Part shown: piece by piece, positions 51,636-64,000 of the stretch | Layout of the letters: the number at the start of each line of letters is the position of its first letter | How positions within the stretch are numbered: the first letter of the stretch is position 1 | From: Lama guanicoe | Lineage: Eukaryota | DNA length: 64,000 nucleotides | Direction: 5' to 3' | Assembly: GCA_013239625.1 (NCBI GenBank) | Contig: MU053493.1 | Location: 1,001,793-1,065,792, forward strand | Program-made: the position numbers and the translations under genes | The notes under the pieces: model-generated | Database searches by the model: none | Seen by the model: the letters and a program-made list of their open reading frames with translations, nothing else | What the model was told of the DNA's origin: nothing

Positions 51636-52704
51636 TCTGCTGTGTCCTAGAATTTGCAAATGTTCAGCTTTAGGAGGCACTGTCAATTTCCCAAAGTGCT
51701 TATTCTAATTACACTCCCATCACAGCATAGGACAGCTTTGCATATTCATCCACTTGTGTTTGATTTAATTTCAAACATTTTGGCTTATGGATAATTTGAT
51801 CTCATTGTGGCTTTTAATTTACATTTCCTTGATGACTAATGAAGTTGGACAGCTTTTCATGTGTTTATTGGTATTCTGAATATCCTTTATTGTGAAGCGA
51901 CTTTTCAGACTTTGGCTCATTTTTCTATTGGGTCATCTGCCTTTTTTTTAGTTCCTTGTAGGAATTTATTCTTTGTTCAGAATATGAGTCCTTTGTTAGA
52001 CATATATACTGCAAACGTTTTTTTACCACTCTGTGACTTCGTTTTTACTTTCTTAATGTTATCCTTTGAGGAACAGATGTTCTCAATCTTACAGTGTTCC
52101 AATTTATCAACATTTCCAACCACAGTTTGCATTTTTTTGTGTCCTGCGTTAGTTTTCTTTGCTATCCCAAGGTCATGAAGATATCATCCTATGTTTTCTT
52201 CTAAGAGATTTATGATTCTACCTTTCACATTGAGATTTTTCACCCATTTGGAATTAACTTTTGTGTATGCTATAAGTAAAGTAGAAATCGAGATTCATTA
52301 TTTTATATGGATATTTAACTGACCCAATACCATTTAACGAAAGGGTAATTTTTTTCTTCCTATATCATCACATCACCTTTGTGCATCAGATGATGGTATA
52401 TATGTGTGGGTCTGATCTGTTTGTTTATCCTTGCACCAATATCACACTTTCTTAACTACTGTAACACTTAACTAGGTTTATGTACTTGGTAGTGTACAGT
52501 TTCTAAGTTTCAAAATATTCCTTCAAATTGTCTTGGCTATTCTTGCCTTTTTTATCTTAATATAATTGTGATTCATTTTATAATTTGAGTGATTCTATGG
52601 AATCTTAAGACTAATTTGGGGTCTTACCATACTGCATTCTTTAATGTATGAACATGGTGTTTTCGCCCATTTATTTAGATCTTCTCTATTTTTTTTCCAA
52701 TAAT

Positions 52705-52907
52705 ACAGTGGACCCTTGAACAGCGTGGAGGTTAGGGGTGCCAACCCTCCTCACAGTCGAAAATCCATGTATAACTTTACAGTCATCCATTGCTATTCAC
52801 GGTTCCCCTTCTGCAGAGTCAACCAACCACAGATTGTGTAGAACTCTAGTACCTCCTTCTGTGTCTTGGTGAGCTGCACAGTTCAAAGCCATGTTGTTCA
52901 AGAGTCG
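52705..52907 (+). mobile_element. MER8-like Tigger MITE
   Basis: TA-cagtggacccttgaacagc ... tgttgttcaagagtc inverted ends. Confidence 0.8.
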
Positions 52908-53291
52908 TATTTTATAATTTTTCAATGAAGAAATGTTGGAAAACTTTATAAGAACCATTCATAGATATTGATGTTTTTATGATGTCATTAAAAATTCATT
53001 TTTTTAACTGTTGCATGTGATATTTTCTTATTGGTCTCATTTTTGGTGAAATTCTAAGCTCATTTATTAATTCTTAATAGTTTGGCTGCAAATTTTTTCA
53101 AACTTACATAGTCATAACAATTGCCAAATCAAACAATTTTCAATTTTTCTTTCCAATCCCTATTCTTATGTTTCATTTTCTTGACCTATTTCGCTAAGTA
53201 GGACCATCGAATTCAATATTTAATGGGAGTGGTAGCACACCGTGTCGTCTCATTCCTGATTTCAGGCAGAAGACCTTCAATAATTTACCAC

Positions 53292-53745
53292 TGCACTCGT
53301 TTTCTGGGACTTTCATAATAAAGCACCCAAAACCGGGTGCCTTTTAACACAGAAATTGTCTCACAGTTAGAACACTGTGAGGTTAGAACACTGAAATCGA
53401 GGTGTCAGCACGTTCCCTCCGAAATTCTGCATGGAATCCTCCCTGCACCCTCTTGGTTCTGGTGGTGGCTGGCAATCCTTGGTGCCCCTTGGCTTGCAGC
53501 TGCATCACTCCAGTCTCTGCCCACATCATCACATGGTGCTCCCTGTGTGTGTCTGGATTTCCCTTTTCCTATAAGGATAACAGTAATATTGGCTTAAGGC
53601 CTAACTTAATGTTCTCATCTTAACTTTGTTACATCTGTAAAGACTCTATTTCCAAATAAGGTCATATTCCCAGGTACTGGAAGGTGGGAGGGCGGTGATT
53701 AGGATTTTATCATATCTTTTTATGGACAAAATTCAACTCACAACA
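53292..53745 (-). mobile_element. MaLR LTR (MLT1B/C-like)
   Basis: gcagctgcatcactccagtctctgcc, ctatttccaaataaggtcatattc, aattcaactcacaaca; internal duplication gttagaacactg. Confidence 0.8.
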
Positions 53746-54004
53746 ACCATGAAGGAAAATATTTTTTGTGTTTTGTGTTGTTTCATTTGTTTCTTCTTTT
53801 TCACACATATATCATTCTTGACAAAGCAAGAAAATTCCCATCTATTCCTATTCAGATAAGATTTTTTTAAAATAACAAATGCGTATGGAAATCATACCAT
53901 TTCTTAGTATTTATTAAGATGATAGTTTTCTTTTATTCTAGTATTTTGAAGTTGTTGAATTTTTAATTGTTGAATTAATGCTGTGCATAATACAAAACCC
54001 ACAC

Positions 54005-54140
54005 TATTTTTGTTTGTTTGTTTTGAGGAGGGAGAGTAATTAGGTTTCTTTCTTTCGTTTTAAGGGAGGTACTGGGGATTGAGCCCAGGACCTCGTGCAT
54101 GGTAGGCATGCCCTCCACTGCTGAGCTACACCCTCCCCCC
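54005..54140 (-). mobile_element. tRNA-derived SINE
   Basis: gggaggtactggggattgagcccaggacctcgtgcatg...ctgagctacaccctccccc. Confidence 0.88.
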
Positions 54141-54654
54141 TTAAAGCCCACCTTATTGATCAGACCCACGTGAAATTGAAGTCTCATCCAGCATCAACTT
54201 TACTAATGATTAGCAGGACACGCAAAGCAAGAACTATGCTATATGCTGCGGGAGTAGCTGGGAGGCCCCGACTCCTTCACTCTCAGGACTCTGAGCTCCT
54301 TTTTCCTACACAGCGTGAATTCTGGCTTCAGACTGCGTAGGGACAAGTTAGCACCGGAAAACAGCTGTGTATGATTATCACTCAGCTTTTATATCCTGCA
54401 ACTCACTTAGACTTGCTCTGGCTATGTGACTAGTTTCAGTTGTTCACTGCAGATGCAGCCCACTAATTGCAGATTTACTTATAATAATCATGATAGACAA
54501 ACCAGGTACATCACACTGACAGGGCTCCTAGAATGGTAATCAGTCCCCTCTGTAGCAGCCCCTGAGGAATAAGTCTTAGTCACCTTACAGTTGGTACATT
54601 TCATCAGCCTTTCTTTGATAAGAGTTTTGGACAGAATTAAACCAGCCCAAAGAA

Positions 54655-54985
54655 AAGAAAGAAAGAAAAAAGAGGACACTAATGAACTTACCTATAAAAC
54701 AGAAACAGACTTGCAGACATAGTAAACAATCTCATGGTTCTGAGGGGAAAGGGGATGGGAAGGGATAAATTTGGGATTTTGAGAATTGCAAATGATAACC
54801 ACTATATTAAAATTAGGTTAAAATTTTTTTGTCTGTATAGCACAGGGAACTATATTCAATAACTTGTAATAACCTTTAATGTAAAAGAATATGAAAATGA
54901 ATGTGTGTATGTATATGCATGACTGGGACATTATGCTGTACATCAGAAATTGACACATTGTAACTGACTATATTTAAATAAAAAT
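54655..54985 (+). mobile_element. Lineage-specific L1 3'UTR
   Basis: gacactaatgaacttacctataaaacagaaacagac...gcacagggaactatattc...aataaaa. Confidence 0.87.
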
Positions 54986-56702
54986 TTTTTAAATTAGGAG
55001 GGTCTGGCTTATAAACACACTGTCAGCCTGTTCCTTCCCACCTTCTAGTCCTGAAAAATTACCCACTTGATCGTCGTTACTATTATTTTTAAACATATTG
55101 TTGAATTTGTATAGTGAGTATTTTCTTGAGGATTTCGCATACATGTTTATCAACGGAACGTACCTGAGATTTCTTGTTTCAGTGAGAAGCCTTATAGTTT
55201 TGGCATCTAGATTACATCAGCTTCATAAAATGGGTCTGGAATTATTCCCCATTTTCTATATTGTGAAAGTTTGTGTAAGCTCTGTGTTATTTTCTCCCTG
55301 AATCATTAGAAAAATTAGCTGGTGAAGCCATCTAATATTGCGTTTCCCTTCTCGGAAGAATTTCATTTTGTAATTTGTTATAGAAGCACAAAATACAAAC
55401 AGAACAGGTCATGTCTGTGAAACTTGCATCAAGGTCAAGAAAAGGAATACTGCCACACCGAAAAGCACTTTTTTCTGCTGCATTCTAGTTTCTATCCCTC
55501 AAAAGGTAATATGATCTTGACTTCTAACATTACAGATAGTTTTGCCTATTATTGAACTTTGTGTAAATGCAATAATGCAGTGTACTCTCTTTTTATCTGG
55601 CAATTTTTGCTCAAATTTATGTTTGTAACATTCGTCCCTACTTTTTGGTATGCAGTTGTTGCTCATTGATTCTTTTTACTGTGTAGTATTCCATTAAGAG
55701 ACTAAAGGAAATATCCTGCTACTGTTGATGGGCATCTGAGTATTTTCCCGTTTGAAGCAATTAAAAATAATGCTTCTGTGAACATTCTTGTTACTGATCT
55801 TTCATTGAATGGGTGTACGTCTAATGAATATGGTTATTCCACTTTCTGTGAACACTTAATCCTTTTTTAAAAACATTTTGGATGGTGTTTGTGGCATTAA
55901 TTATTGGTTTCTCTGCTAACTAACAAGGCTTAGGACCTTTTCATCTGTTTGTTGACCATTTAAATATCTTCTTTTGTGAAGCACCTGTTGAGAGCTTTTT
56001 TGCTCGTTTTTACTGAGTAGACTTACTTTTTCCTGTTTATTTGAAGAAGTCTTATTTATTCTGGGTAGGAATCCTTGGTCCAAAAATGTACTAAAATTAT
56101 CTTCTTCCTCTCTGTGTCTTCTTTTTCACTCTCTGAAGACATATTTTGACAAATAAAATTTACTGATCTTCATATAATCCGATTTATGCATTTTTCATTT
56201 ATGGTTAGTGTTTTTAATGTCCTATGAAAGAAATATATTCCAACTCTAAAGTCAGAAAGATACTCTTCTAAGTTTCCTTCTAAAAGTTTGCCATGTTGTC
56301 TCTTATATTTAGAGCTATAATCCATCTGTATGGATGACCTGGTATTGGAAAAAAAAATTTTTTTTGTAGATGATCCAAGGGAGGATAGGGTTCAAGGTTA
56401 TTTTTGATGTATTAGTGTACAATTGTCTTGGTACCATTTATGGAAAAGATGATTTTCGTTGGCTGAATTACAATTTCATTCTGTCCTACATGGAATGGCA
56501 GTGCATGTGAGGGCCTGTCTCTGCTCTATACTCCACACTGTCTTCCATTTCTCCTCACTCCTTCACCTTGGTTATCTTTGAGTTTATCTATAAAATTTAG
56601 AATCCACTTTTTCATTTCCACAAAATAATCTACTGGTCTAGGCTTCTGTTTTGTGTCTTATTTTTTTAATTGACATATAAATCACATATGACAAACTGTA
56701 CA

Positions 56703-57220
56703 TAATAGAAAAGAACAAATCTGACTCCATATTAGATCTGTTCCTTTGGCTCTAACCCTGTGCTCTGTTTCCTGTGCTTAGTCATGCTGGTTCCTTACCT
56801 TTTGTAAAAGAATGTTGCCTAGAGCCTGAAATAGACAGGAGAGCCCATTCTCAAGGCTCTGACCTTTAAGGGTGTAACACTTTCCCATTTATATAAAGAT
56901 AAAAATTTGCAGAATAGAAAATAATATTTATCTTGTTGGAGGTTTACAGGGACACCATGACCTGACCCACATGGACAACTGCAAGTACAAAGGATTCTGA
57001 CACCAAGAAGTTTGTAACAACCAACCTCACCCCCTCCACTTTTTAGTGTAAAAGGAGCCTGAATTCTGACCTGGGGAAGATGATTCTCCAGGACATTAGT
57101 CCCCCATCTTCTCAGGCTGCTGGCTTTGCTGATAAAGTTGCTATTCTTTGCCCCAACACTTTGTCTCCCAACTTATTAGTCTGTTGTGCAGCAAGCAGAA
57201 TGAATTTGGACTTGGTAGCA
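56703..57220 (+). mobile_element. Solo ERV1-class LTR (MER41-related artiodactyl family, tentative)
   Basis: gaaaagaacaaatctgactccatattagatctg start; gataaagttgc poly(A)-signal region; ends ttggtagca; cata flanks both sides. Confidence 0.72.
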
Positions 57221-58003
57221 CATATACATATTACATGGAAACTCTAAGAGAGGACAAATCTACAGTCTACTGACAAAAAGTAAATGTAAGTCAATGACTC
57301 TATATCCAGTGAAGAAATAACTCACTTTCAGCATAAAAGGAAATCATTCTTTGTCATGTGTGCATTTATATTTGAAAAATATTTCATTGGCTATAGAACT
57401 GTTGACAACTCTAAGTTGACAGTTCCTTCTTTTGATACTTTAAAAACTGCCACTTTTTTGCCCTACCATCCACCCTCATGGTTTCTCATGAAAAATATGC
57501 TGTCATTCAAACCATTGTGTCTTTACAAGTGTGTGTCATTTTTCTGTGGCTGTTGTCAACATTGCTTTCTTTGTGTTTAGTTTCTAGAAGTTTGACTATG
57601 ACATGTCTGGGCATGGACTGCTTTGAGTTTATCCTTTCTGGGTTTGTTGAACTTTTGGAATTTATAGGTTTATGTTTTTTTCATTCTGCTTTGTTCTTCA
57701 CAAACTGAGGACGTTTTCAACCATTACTTCTTCAATATTATTTTAGCCTCACATCTTTTCTCCTCTCTTTCTTGGACTCTAATGACATATATTTGAGCCT
57801 GGTATTGCCTCACTGGTCCTTTAGGCTGTGTTGTGTGTGTGTGTGCATGTGCGTTTTTCTGCATGTTGTTCAAGTTGGATAATTTCTATTGATCAATTTT
57901 CAAGTTCACTCATTATTTCCTTTGTCATCTCCGCTCTACTATTAAGTCATCACAGTAAATTTATTTCATTGTTGAATTTTTCCATTCTAAAATTCCCATT
58001 TGA

Positions 58004-58513
58004 AACTCTAATTTAAAAAGATACATACACCCCAATGTTCATAGCAGCACTATTTACAATAGCCAAGACATGAAAATAAGCTAAATGTCCATCGACAGAT
58101 GACTGGATAAAAAAGCTGTAATATATTTATGCAACAGAATAGTACTCAGCCATAAAAAAGACTAAAATAATGCCATTTGTAGCAACATGGATGGACCTGG
58201 AGATTATCATTCTAAGTGAAGTAAGTAGGAAGAGAAAGAAAAAATAACATATGATATCACTCATATGTGGAATCTAAAAATAAAAAAGGACATAAATCAA
58301 CTTATTTACAAAACAGACAGCCTTACAGATGTAGAAAACAAACTTATAGTTACCAGGGTGGGAAGGGGATCAAAAGGAATAAAATGGGAGCTCAAGATTT
58401 GCAGATACTAACTACGACATGTAAAATAAACAACAAATTTCTTCTGTACAGCACAGGGAACTATATTCAGTATCTTGTAGTAACCTATAATGAAAAAGAA
58501 TATGAAAATGAAA
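58004..58513 (+). mobile_element. L1 insertion lacking the last ~100 nt of the 3'UTR
   Basis: TSD aaaattc(c)catttga (57989-58003 / 58514-58527); ends at gaatatgaaaatg-A7. Confidence 0.85.
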
Positions 58514-58679
58514 AAAATTCCATTTGACTCTTCTTCCTATTATATTTATTTTCTAAAATTTTCTATTTTAACTTGTTTCAAGAGGACTCGTGATTGCTCA
58601 TCAGAGTCTTTTTTAGTACTTGCTTTCAAGACTTGTTAGATAATGCCAATACCTCATCATTGTTGTCTATTGACTGCCC

Positions 58680-58722
58680 TTTCTTTCTTTCTTTCTTTCT
58701 TCCTTCCTTCCTTCCTTCCTTC

Positions 58723-58783
<61 letters not shown>

Positions 58784-58830
58784 TTCCTTCCTTCCTTCCT
58801 TCCTTCCTTCCTTCCTTTCTTCCTTTCTTC

Positions 58831-58863
<33 letters not shown>

Positions 58864-58918
58864 TTCCTTCCTTCCTTTCTTCCTTTCTTCCTTTCTTCCT
58901 TTCTTTCTTTCTTTCTTT
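58680..58918. repeat. (TTTC)n/(TTCC)n microsatellite forming the tail of the adjacent SINE
   Basis: ~240 bp pure pyrimidine, contiguous with the SINE 3' end. Confidence 0.95.
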
Positions 58919-58996
58919 TAATGGAGGTACTGGAGTTTGAACCTAGGACCTTGTGTATGCTCAGCATGTGCCCTGTAACTGAGCTATACCTATCCC
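58919..58996 (-). mobile_element. tRNA-derived SINE
   Basis: aatggaggtactggagtttgaacctaggacc...ctgagctatacctatcccc. Confidence 0.87.
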
Positions 58997-60702
58997 CATG
59001 TTGATTATCTTTTCTAATGCAAGTTGAGTTGTGTGTGTGCTTCTTCACATGCTGAATAATTTTGGATTTTATCCTGCATGCTTTGAATGCTTTATGAGGC
59101 CCTGGGTCTTGTTTAAGTCCTAGGAGGAATGATGACATGTATGTTTTAGCCTTCTGTAGGCTGTGGTTCCAATACCAGGTCAGTTTTCCAAGCCTTTGAG
59201 TGCTATTCAAATCTGTCCTGGATCTGTGCTGTCCAGGCCCATCAAGGACCTGGACACAGGTCAGTTGGTTATATCAGTTCTCAGTCTTTGGTGTGCTGAT
59301 TGAGATCAGATCCATGACTTTGCAGGTAGGAGGTGAGCCCAAGATGTTACAAAAATCTTGGTGGATTCACTTTCCCAAGCTCATCTCTCTGCTGTCTCTG
59401 CAGTACTTTCTGGTCTCTGAATCCCCTTTTTCAGTTCCTTGGCTAGGAACTGCCCAGTACCACGACTGCGCCATACACAAGGCCCATGTAACACAGGACA
59501 GGGAGAAAAACAACAACAACAACCTGGGACTGACCCAGCCTTTTTGGAGGTGTAGCTACAACCAATGTGAGAGGACGCTTCCTTCCCACAGGCTTAGCTC
59601 CTGCAGTTTTCCATTGCTTTTTGCTACTTTGGCTACTGCCCAGCCCCCATTTCACAGTTGCCTGGGGACTAAAGTTTAAGAACTCAGAAAATAGAGTGAA
59701 AAAATGGGGAATTTCCCTGCATTTTCATTTTCTGGCCTTGAGCCCAGCTAAAGAGTTTCTCCTGGAGCTCTCTGTGTCTAAACGACGTATTCATGCCTCG
59801 TTTTCTAACTGTATCCAGTTCAAGCTGGGGACTATGCAGGAAAAAGATGGCAAACTCACTGCCAGTTTATTGGTATTTTGAATTTTGTAGGTCTCCTTTG
59901 CTCCACCTGCTGCTATTTACTTTTCAGAGTTCTCAGATTGCCACTTAGTCATTCTGTTCAGGTTGTGTAACTGTGTTCAGTGAGATACAAAGATGGGCCC
60001 GTGTTTACTCCCTCTTGCCTGGAGCTGAATCTGGAGAGTTACTTTTCACACCTACTGTTTAGTTAAGGTTAGCAATATAACTTATGTAGGCAATATTTTG
60101 TTAATTTTATGAACATGTTGTTTCTTAGTTCAATTGCTTTCTCTCCGTGTTTACTATTCTTATGGATACACAGTACTTTTTTTAGTGAGTGTCTTTATAA
60201 GGTAAGCTCCTATCATTATGCATAAATGTCTCTGTTTTCTATCAAATATTTTAAATCAAAATAACACAAATACAGAAAACCGCTTAGAGCAAATGTGCCA
60301 TTTAAAGAGTTTTTTTTTATAAGATGAGTGTCCTTTGAATCCCACCCATAAATCAGGCAGAACTTGGCGGGAGCCCCAGAAGCCTCATGCCTCTTCTCCA
60401 TGATGAGCACCAGCTTCCCGTAACAAGAGTAACTACTGTTCTGGATTTTATGGGAATGCTCTTATTACTTTTCACTGTAGTTTTATTTACCTAGCTGAGG
60501 AGCCCTAAACTCTGTAGTGTAGCTTAGCCTGATTTTCAAAAATATGTCTCTTACGTCCCTGTATCTTTTTAACCTTGAACACTTTTTGCTGAAGAAAGCA
60601 TTCCTGTAGCATTAAGATTTTGCTGATTGCGTTCCTATAGTTTAATGTGACATTTTTATTTGTTTTCCAGATTTCCTGCAAAATAGTAATTAAATATAAA
60701 CT

Positions 60703-61312
60703 TTTTTAAAACACTTTTTATTGAATTATAGTCATTTTACAATGTTGTGTCAAATTCCAGTGTAAAGCACAATTTTTCGGTTATACATGAACATACATAG
60801 ATTCATTGTCACATTCTCTTTTGCCATGAGCCACCACAAGATCCTGTATATATTTTCCTGTGCTACACAGTACAATCTTGTTTATCTATTCTACTTTTTG
60901 AAATCCCAGTCTGCCCCTTCCCATCCCCCATCCCCCTGGCAACCACAGTTTCTATTCTATGTCTATGAGTCTGTTTCTGTTTTGTATTTTTTTTTTTTTA
61001 GATTCTGCACATGAGCAATCTCATATGGTATTTTTCTTTCTCTTTCTGGCTTACTTCACTAAGAAAGACATTCTCCAGGAAAATCCATGTTGCTGTAAAT
61101 GGCATTATGTTGTCGGTTTTTATGGCTGAATAGTATGCCATTGTATAAATATACCACATCTTCTTTATCCAGTTATCTGTTGATGGACATTAAGGCCGTT
61201 CCCATGTCTTGGCTATTGTAAATAGTGCTGCTATAAACATTGGGGTGCAGGTATCATTTTGAAGTAGGGTTCCTTCTGGATATATGCCCAGGAGCGGGAT
61301 TCCTGGGTCATA
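60703..61312 (-). mobile_element. Young lineage-specific L1 (same subfamily as 23538-24208)
   Basis: Reverse complement nearly colinear with 23580-24200; TSD-like ata(a)actttttt. Confidence 0.9.
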
Positions 61313-61739
61313 AGACATAACTTTTTTGAATCTGCTTTTCATTCATTCTTTCCTAATGATTTAATAATAGCCCCTCTTGGAAGAGTTGTGAATTGCCAAA
61401 CATTAATGCAATTTCTTTCTTTTTGTTCTTTCTTTAGAATATTAGGCTTTTTCCTGTCTCTTTCTGGATATGTGTTGCAAAATGGTGATGCTCTAATGCT
61501 ATCATTCCTTCTTTGTTTAAACATATTCCCACATCTGACATTGAGCTTCCTAGAGGTAGTTTGCATAGGAAAGGCAGGATAGATGTTTGAGTCTTTCCGT
61601 TTTTGTGAGTTTTCAAAACAAAGAACTGGTGTCTTTCGTATTCTGTAATTAATTAGGTGAGAAAGAATGAAACTGAGAGCCAGAGAGATTGAGAGAGACA
61701 AGAGAGAGAGAACCTCCAGTGCTCCAACTTTAGGTAGCT

Positions 61740-62109
61740 TAGTTCACTAAGGGTTCTAGCTACAAGAGCTGTGAACTCCATCTCCCTGCCTGTGCTGAAG
61801 ACATGCTCTGACAGGCTGCTCCTTGTTCCTGGGAGACACTGAACACCTCTGACAATCAGCTTTGGCTTGAGGTCTCCCAGTGGCCTTGCTGAACCTTCCC
61901 AAATGTCCGTCTAGGACTCTGCCACTCAGCCACACGGCCTTTCCTCCTTTCTCCCCACACTTGGGATCAGACTTACACTGCAGTTTGACAGCTCTCCCAT
62001 TCTTCTCTTTCAGTCCATATTTTCTCTCACTTGGTCTTTTCTACAATAAAATCCTTGCACTTCTCATTCTACCTCAGCACATGCTTCTTGGAGGACCTGG
62101 ACGAATGCA
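61740..62109 (+). mobile_element. Old ERVL-type LTR remnant
   Basis: 3' end aataaaatccttgcac...atgcttcttggaggacctggacgaatgca resembles LTR16/LTR33-type termini. Confidence 0.5.
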
Positions 62110-64000
62110 CTGCATCATTCTAAGCTCAGAGAGTTACACTCCTTTGATGTGTTTCCATCCATCTAAGGCATCACCCTTACCAATGCTCAAACTGTCCTAT
62201 CTTTGGTGAGTGGGAGGTTCTCCAGCTTGACCCCCAAGTCTTTTTAACAGCACCCCAACCAGTCTTTGACAATGCCCTTGCTCCTTGTTCCAACAAGGTA
62301 TTCTAAGCTCATCTGCTCATCTTCTCCTTTTCCTGCCCCAGACCTAGAATTAACCATTTCTATAAGAAACCCTGGTATCTTTTAGTTGTAAATGTTATTT
62401 TTCGGCTTGTTCAATGAACATATTTAGGATATCTATCTATCGACCTACCTATCTATCCATCTATCTATAGCTATGATAAAATGCTTCGAGTTCAAATTCA
62501 AGGTCACAGGATGTTTACTTAGGATTTTGTCTTACATTTTCAGTTCCTAGGAAACCTGGTTCTCAAAAGCACTGGAGATAATCAAATTAGAATATCACAC
62601 ATGTACTTGAAAGAAATATTGAGAAGAGCAATACCAACACTGTCACCAAGATGATTACAGAAAACATTTTAAAAATTGCTTTTTTGTGTATGTTTTTTCC
62701 ATTTTCTCTTCCCTTTAAAAAGTTCTACTGCATGTACATTGTCAAAGTCTATAGCTATAATATGTTATACTTTCTCCCTAGAATCTCATATTTAATCTTA
62801 GTTCTACATGTAATAATAATAATGCATGCCACCAGGATTTATGCCAATATCTCTCCAGCAACATTCACTATCTAAAGATCATTCTCTGGTACATTCCTAG
62901 GAAAGGACTCATGGAAAATATTCCTTAGGTTTTTGCATATTGATGACAGTTTGTTCCCTGTATACTTGAAAGTCAGTTTGTGGTGTATATAAGATCATTG
63001 GCTGATTTTCTGAGTATCTTTAAATATGTTATTCCTTCATTCCTGGCATGAGGTGCTAATCTTGAAAGGTCTGGTAATAATCTAACTTTCTTTCTGTTTT
63101 ATGTCACTTTTTTTTCTATATTCGTTTTCTCCTGGCTATAAAGGATATTTCTTTTTCTCTAAAGTCTAAAACGTTATCTATGTGCTGATTGGTTGTTCTC
63201 GGTTGGCTTTCCCAGGTAGGCAGTATATCCGTTCATTCTACAGTTTTAAATCTTATGTTAAAAATGTGTTTTAAGTACAGTCCTTGGTATTTGTTTTTAG
63301 TCCCTTATTTCAGTTTTTCTTCTTGGATCCGCACGTTGTGTTTTTTGTGGTGGTGGTAGTGGTCTTTTCTATTATCACTGTAACTCAAATGCTTTTCATA
63401 TTTTCTTTTAAAAATTTTTAAACCATCCTCTTCTTTTTCCATTCCTTCTAAGACAAAACCTGTTATGTTTATTTGTGCTGTGTCTATATATACGATGGGG
63501 TTTCAAAAACATTTTTACACAGAGACTTATGAATTTAAGGAAGAATATATGCTCTTTCATCCTTTGTAGTATTGTCTTAATCATTTAAAAAATTAGGATA
63601 TAGATTTCATCACTTTTTATCTGTTTGGTCCTTTTATCAAAATGTCTTTCTGGTAAGCTTTTGATTTCTTTTCTCTATATAAACATGAAATTTAGTTCTT
63701 CCAAACTTTCACAGTGGAGGCATGATTTAAAATGTTGTCTCATATCACGGCTCCCAAATACTGTGGTGGCTTTTCACATGTTTACCTGACAAGGCCAGAC
63801 TGTCTTTCCTAGAATTCCCCTCACTGTATTATTCTGGTTAGAGTGAGGGGAGTCTGGGCGGAGATTGAGAAGGAGGAAAAGATTCAAGAACCAAACAGTG
63901 GCATACACGTGTTGTTGCCGATGTGACATCTCACCTCGCTCCGGGTGAGGCTGAGGCCAAGGCCTCTTCTCCCCGGATGCTCCTTCAGCTTCAACTCTTG

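Larger units (their letters stand above)
50880..56640 (-). mobile_element. Patchwork of old antisense L1 (3'UTR/ORF2) fragments hosting MLT2, MER8, MLT1, SINE and L1 insertions
   Basis: Recurrent antisense L1 ORF2 motifs (atttccttgatgactaatgaagttgga, ttggctattcttg, atctgtttgttgaccattt). Confidence 0.65.

Noticed and set aside
58594..59210. Similar low-complexity ORFs
   Set aside because: Microsatellite plus SINE; not genes.

Overview
Mammalian genomic DNA, most likely from a camelid (Camelus/Vicugna), judged from a dozen tRNA-derived SINEs of the camelid Vic-1 type and artiodactyl-type L1 3' ends. The only protein-coding gene I can support is CHRNA7 (neuronal nicotinic acetylcholine receptor alpha7) on the minus strand. 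Its CpG-island promoter, coding exon 1 (39136-39091) and exon 2 (38822-38683) are present. Everything from 38682 to base 1 is part of the very long intron 2; I did not find exon 3. Positions ~40-64 kb are repeat-dense upstream DNA (old L1, Tigger1, ERV/MaLR LTRs, SINEs, microsatellites). I see no novel multi-gene system. The observations worth a second look are: an apparent remodelling of the CHRNA7 proximal promoter, a frameshifted counterpart of the human exon-1 extension isoform, and several mechanistically unusual retrotransposition products (a twin-primed inverted L1, a chimeric L1 under one target-site duplication (TSD), a 3'-truncated L1, and an orphan mRNA-like 3' end whose tail became a 390-bp purine microsatellite). 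Repeat family names and human/bovine comparisons come from recalled consensus sequences and need RepeatMasker or alignment confirmation. Repeat boundaries are approximate unless a TSD is given.
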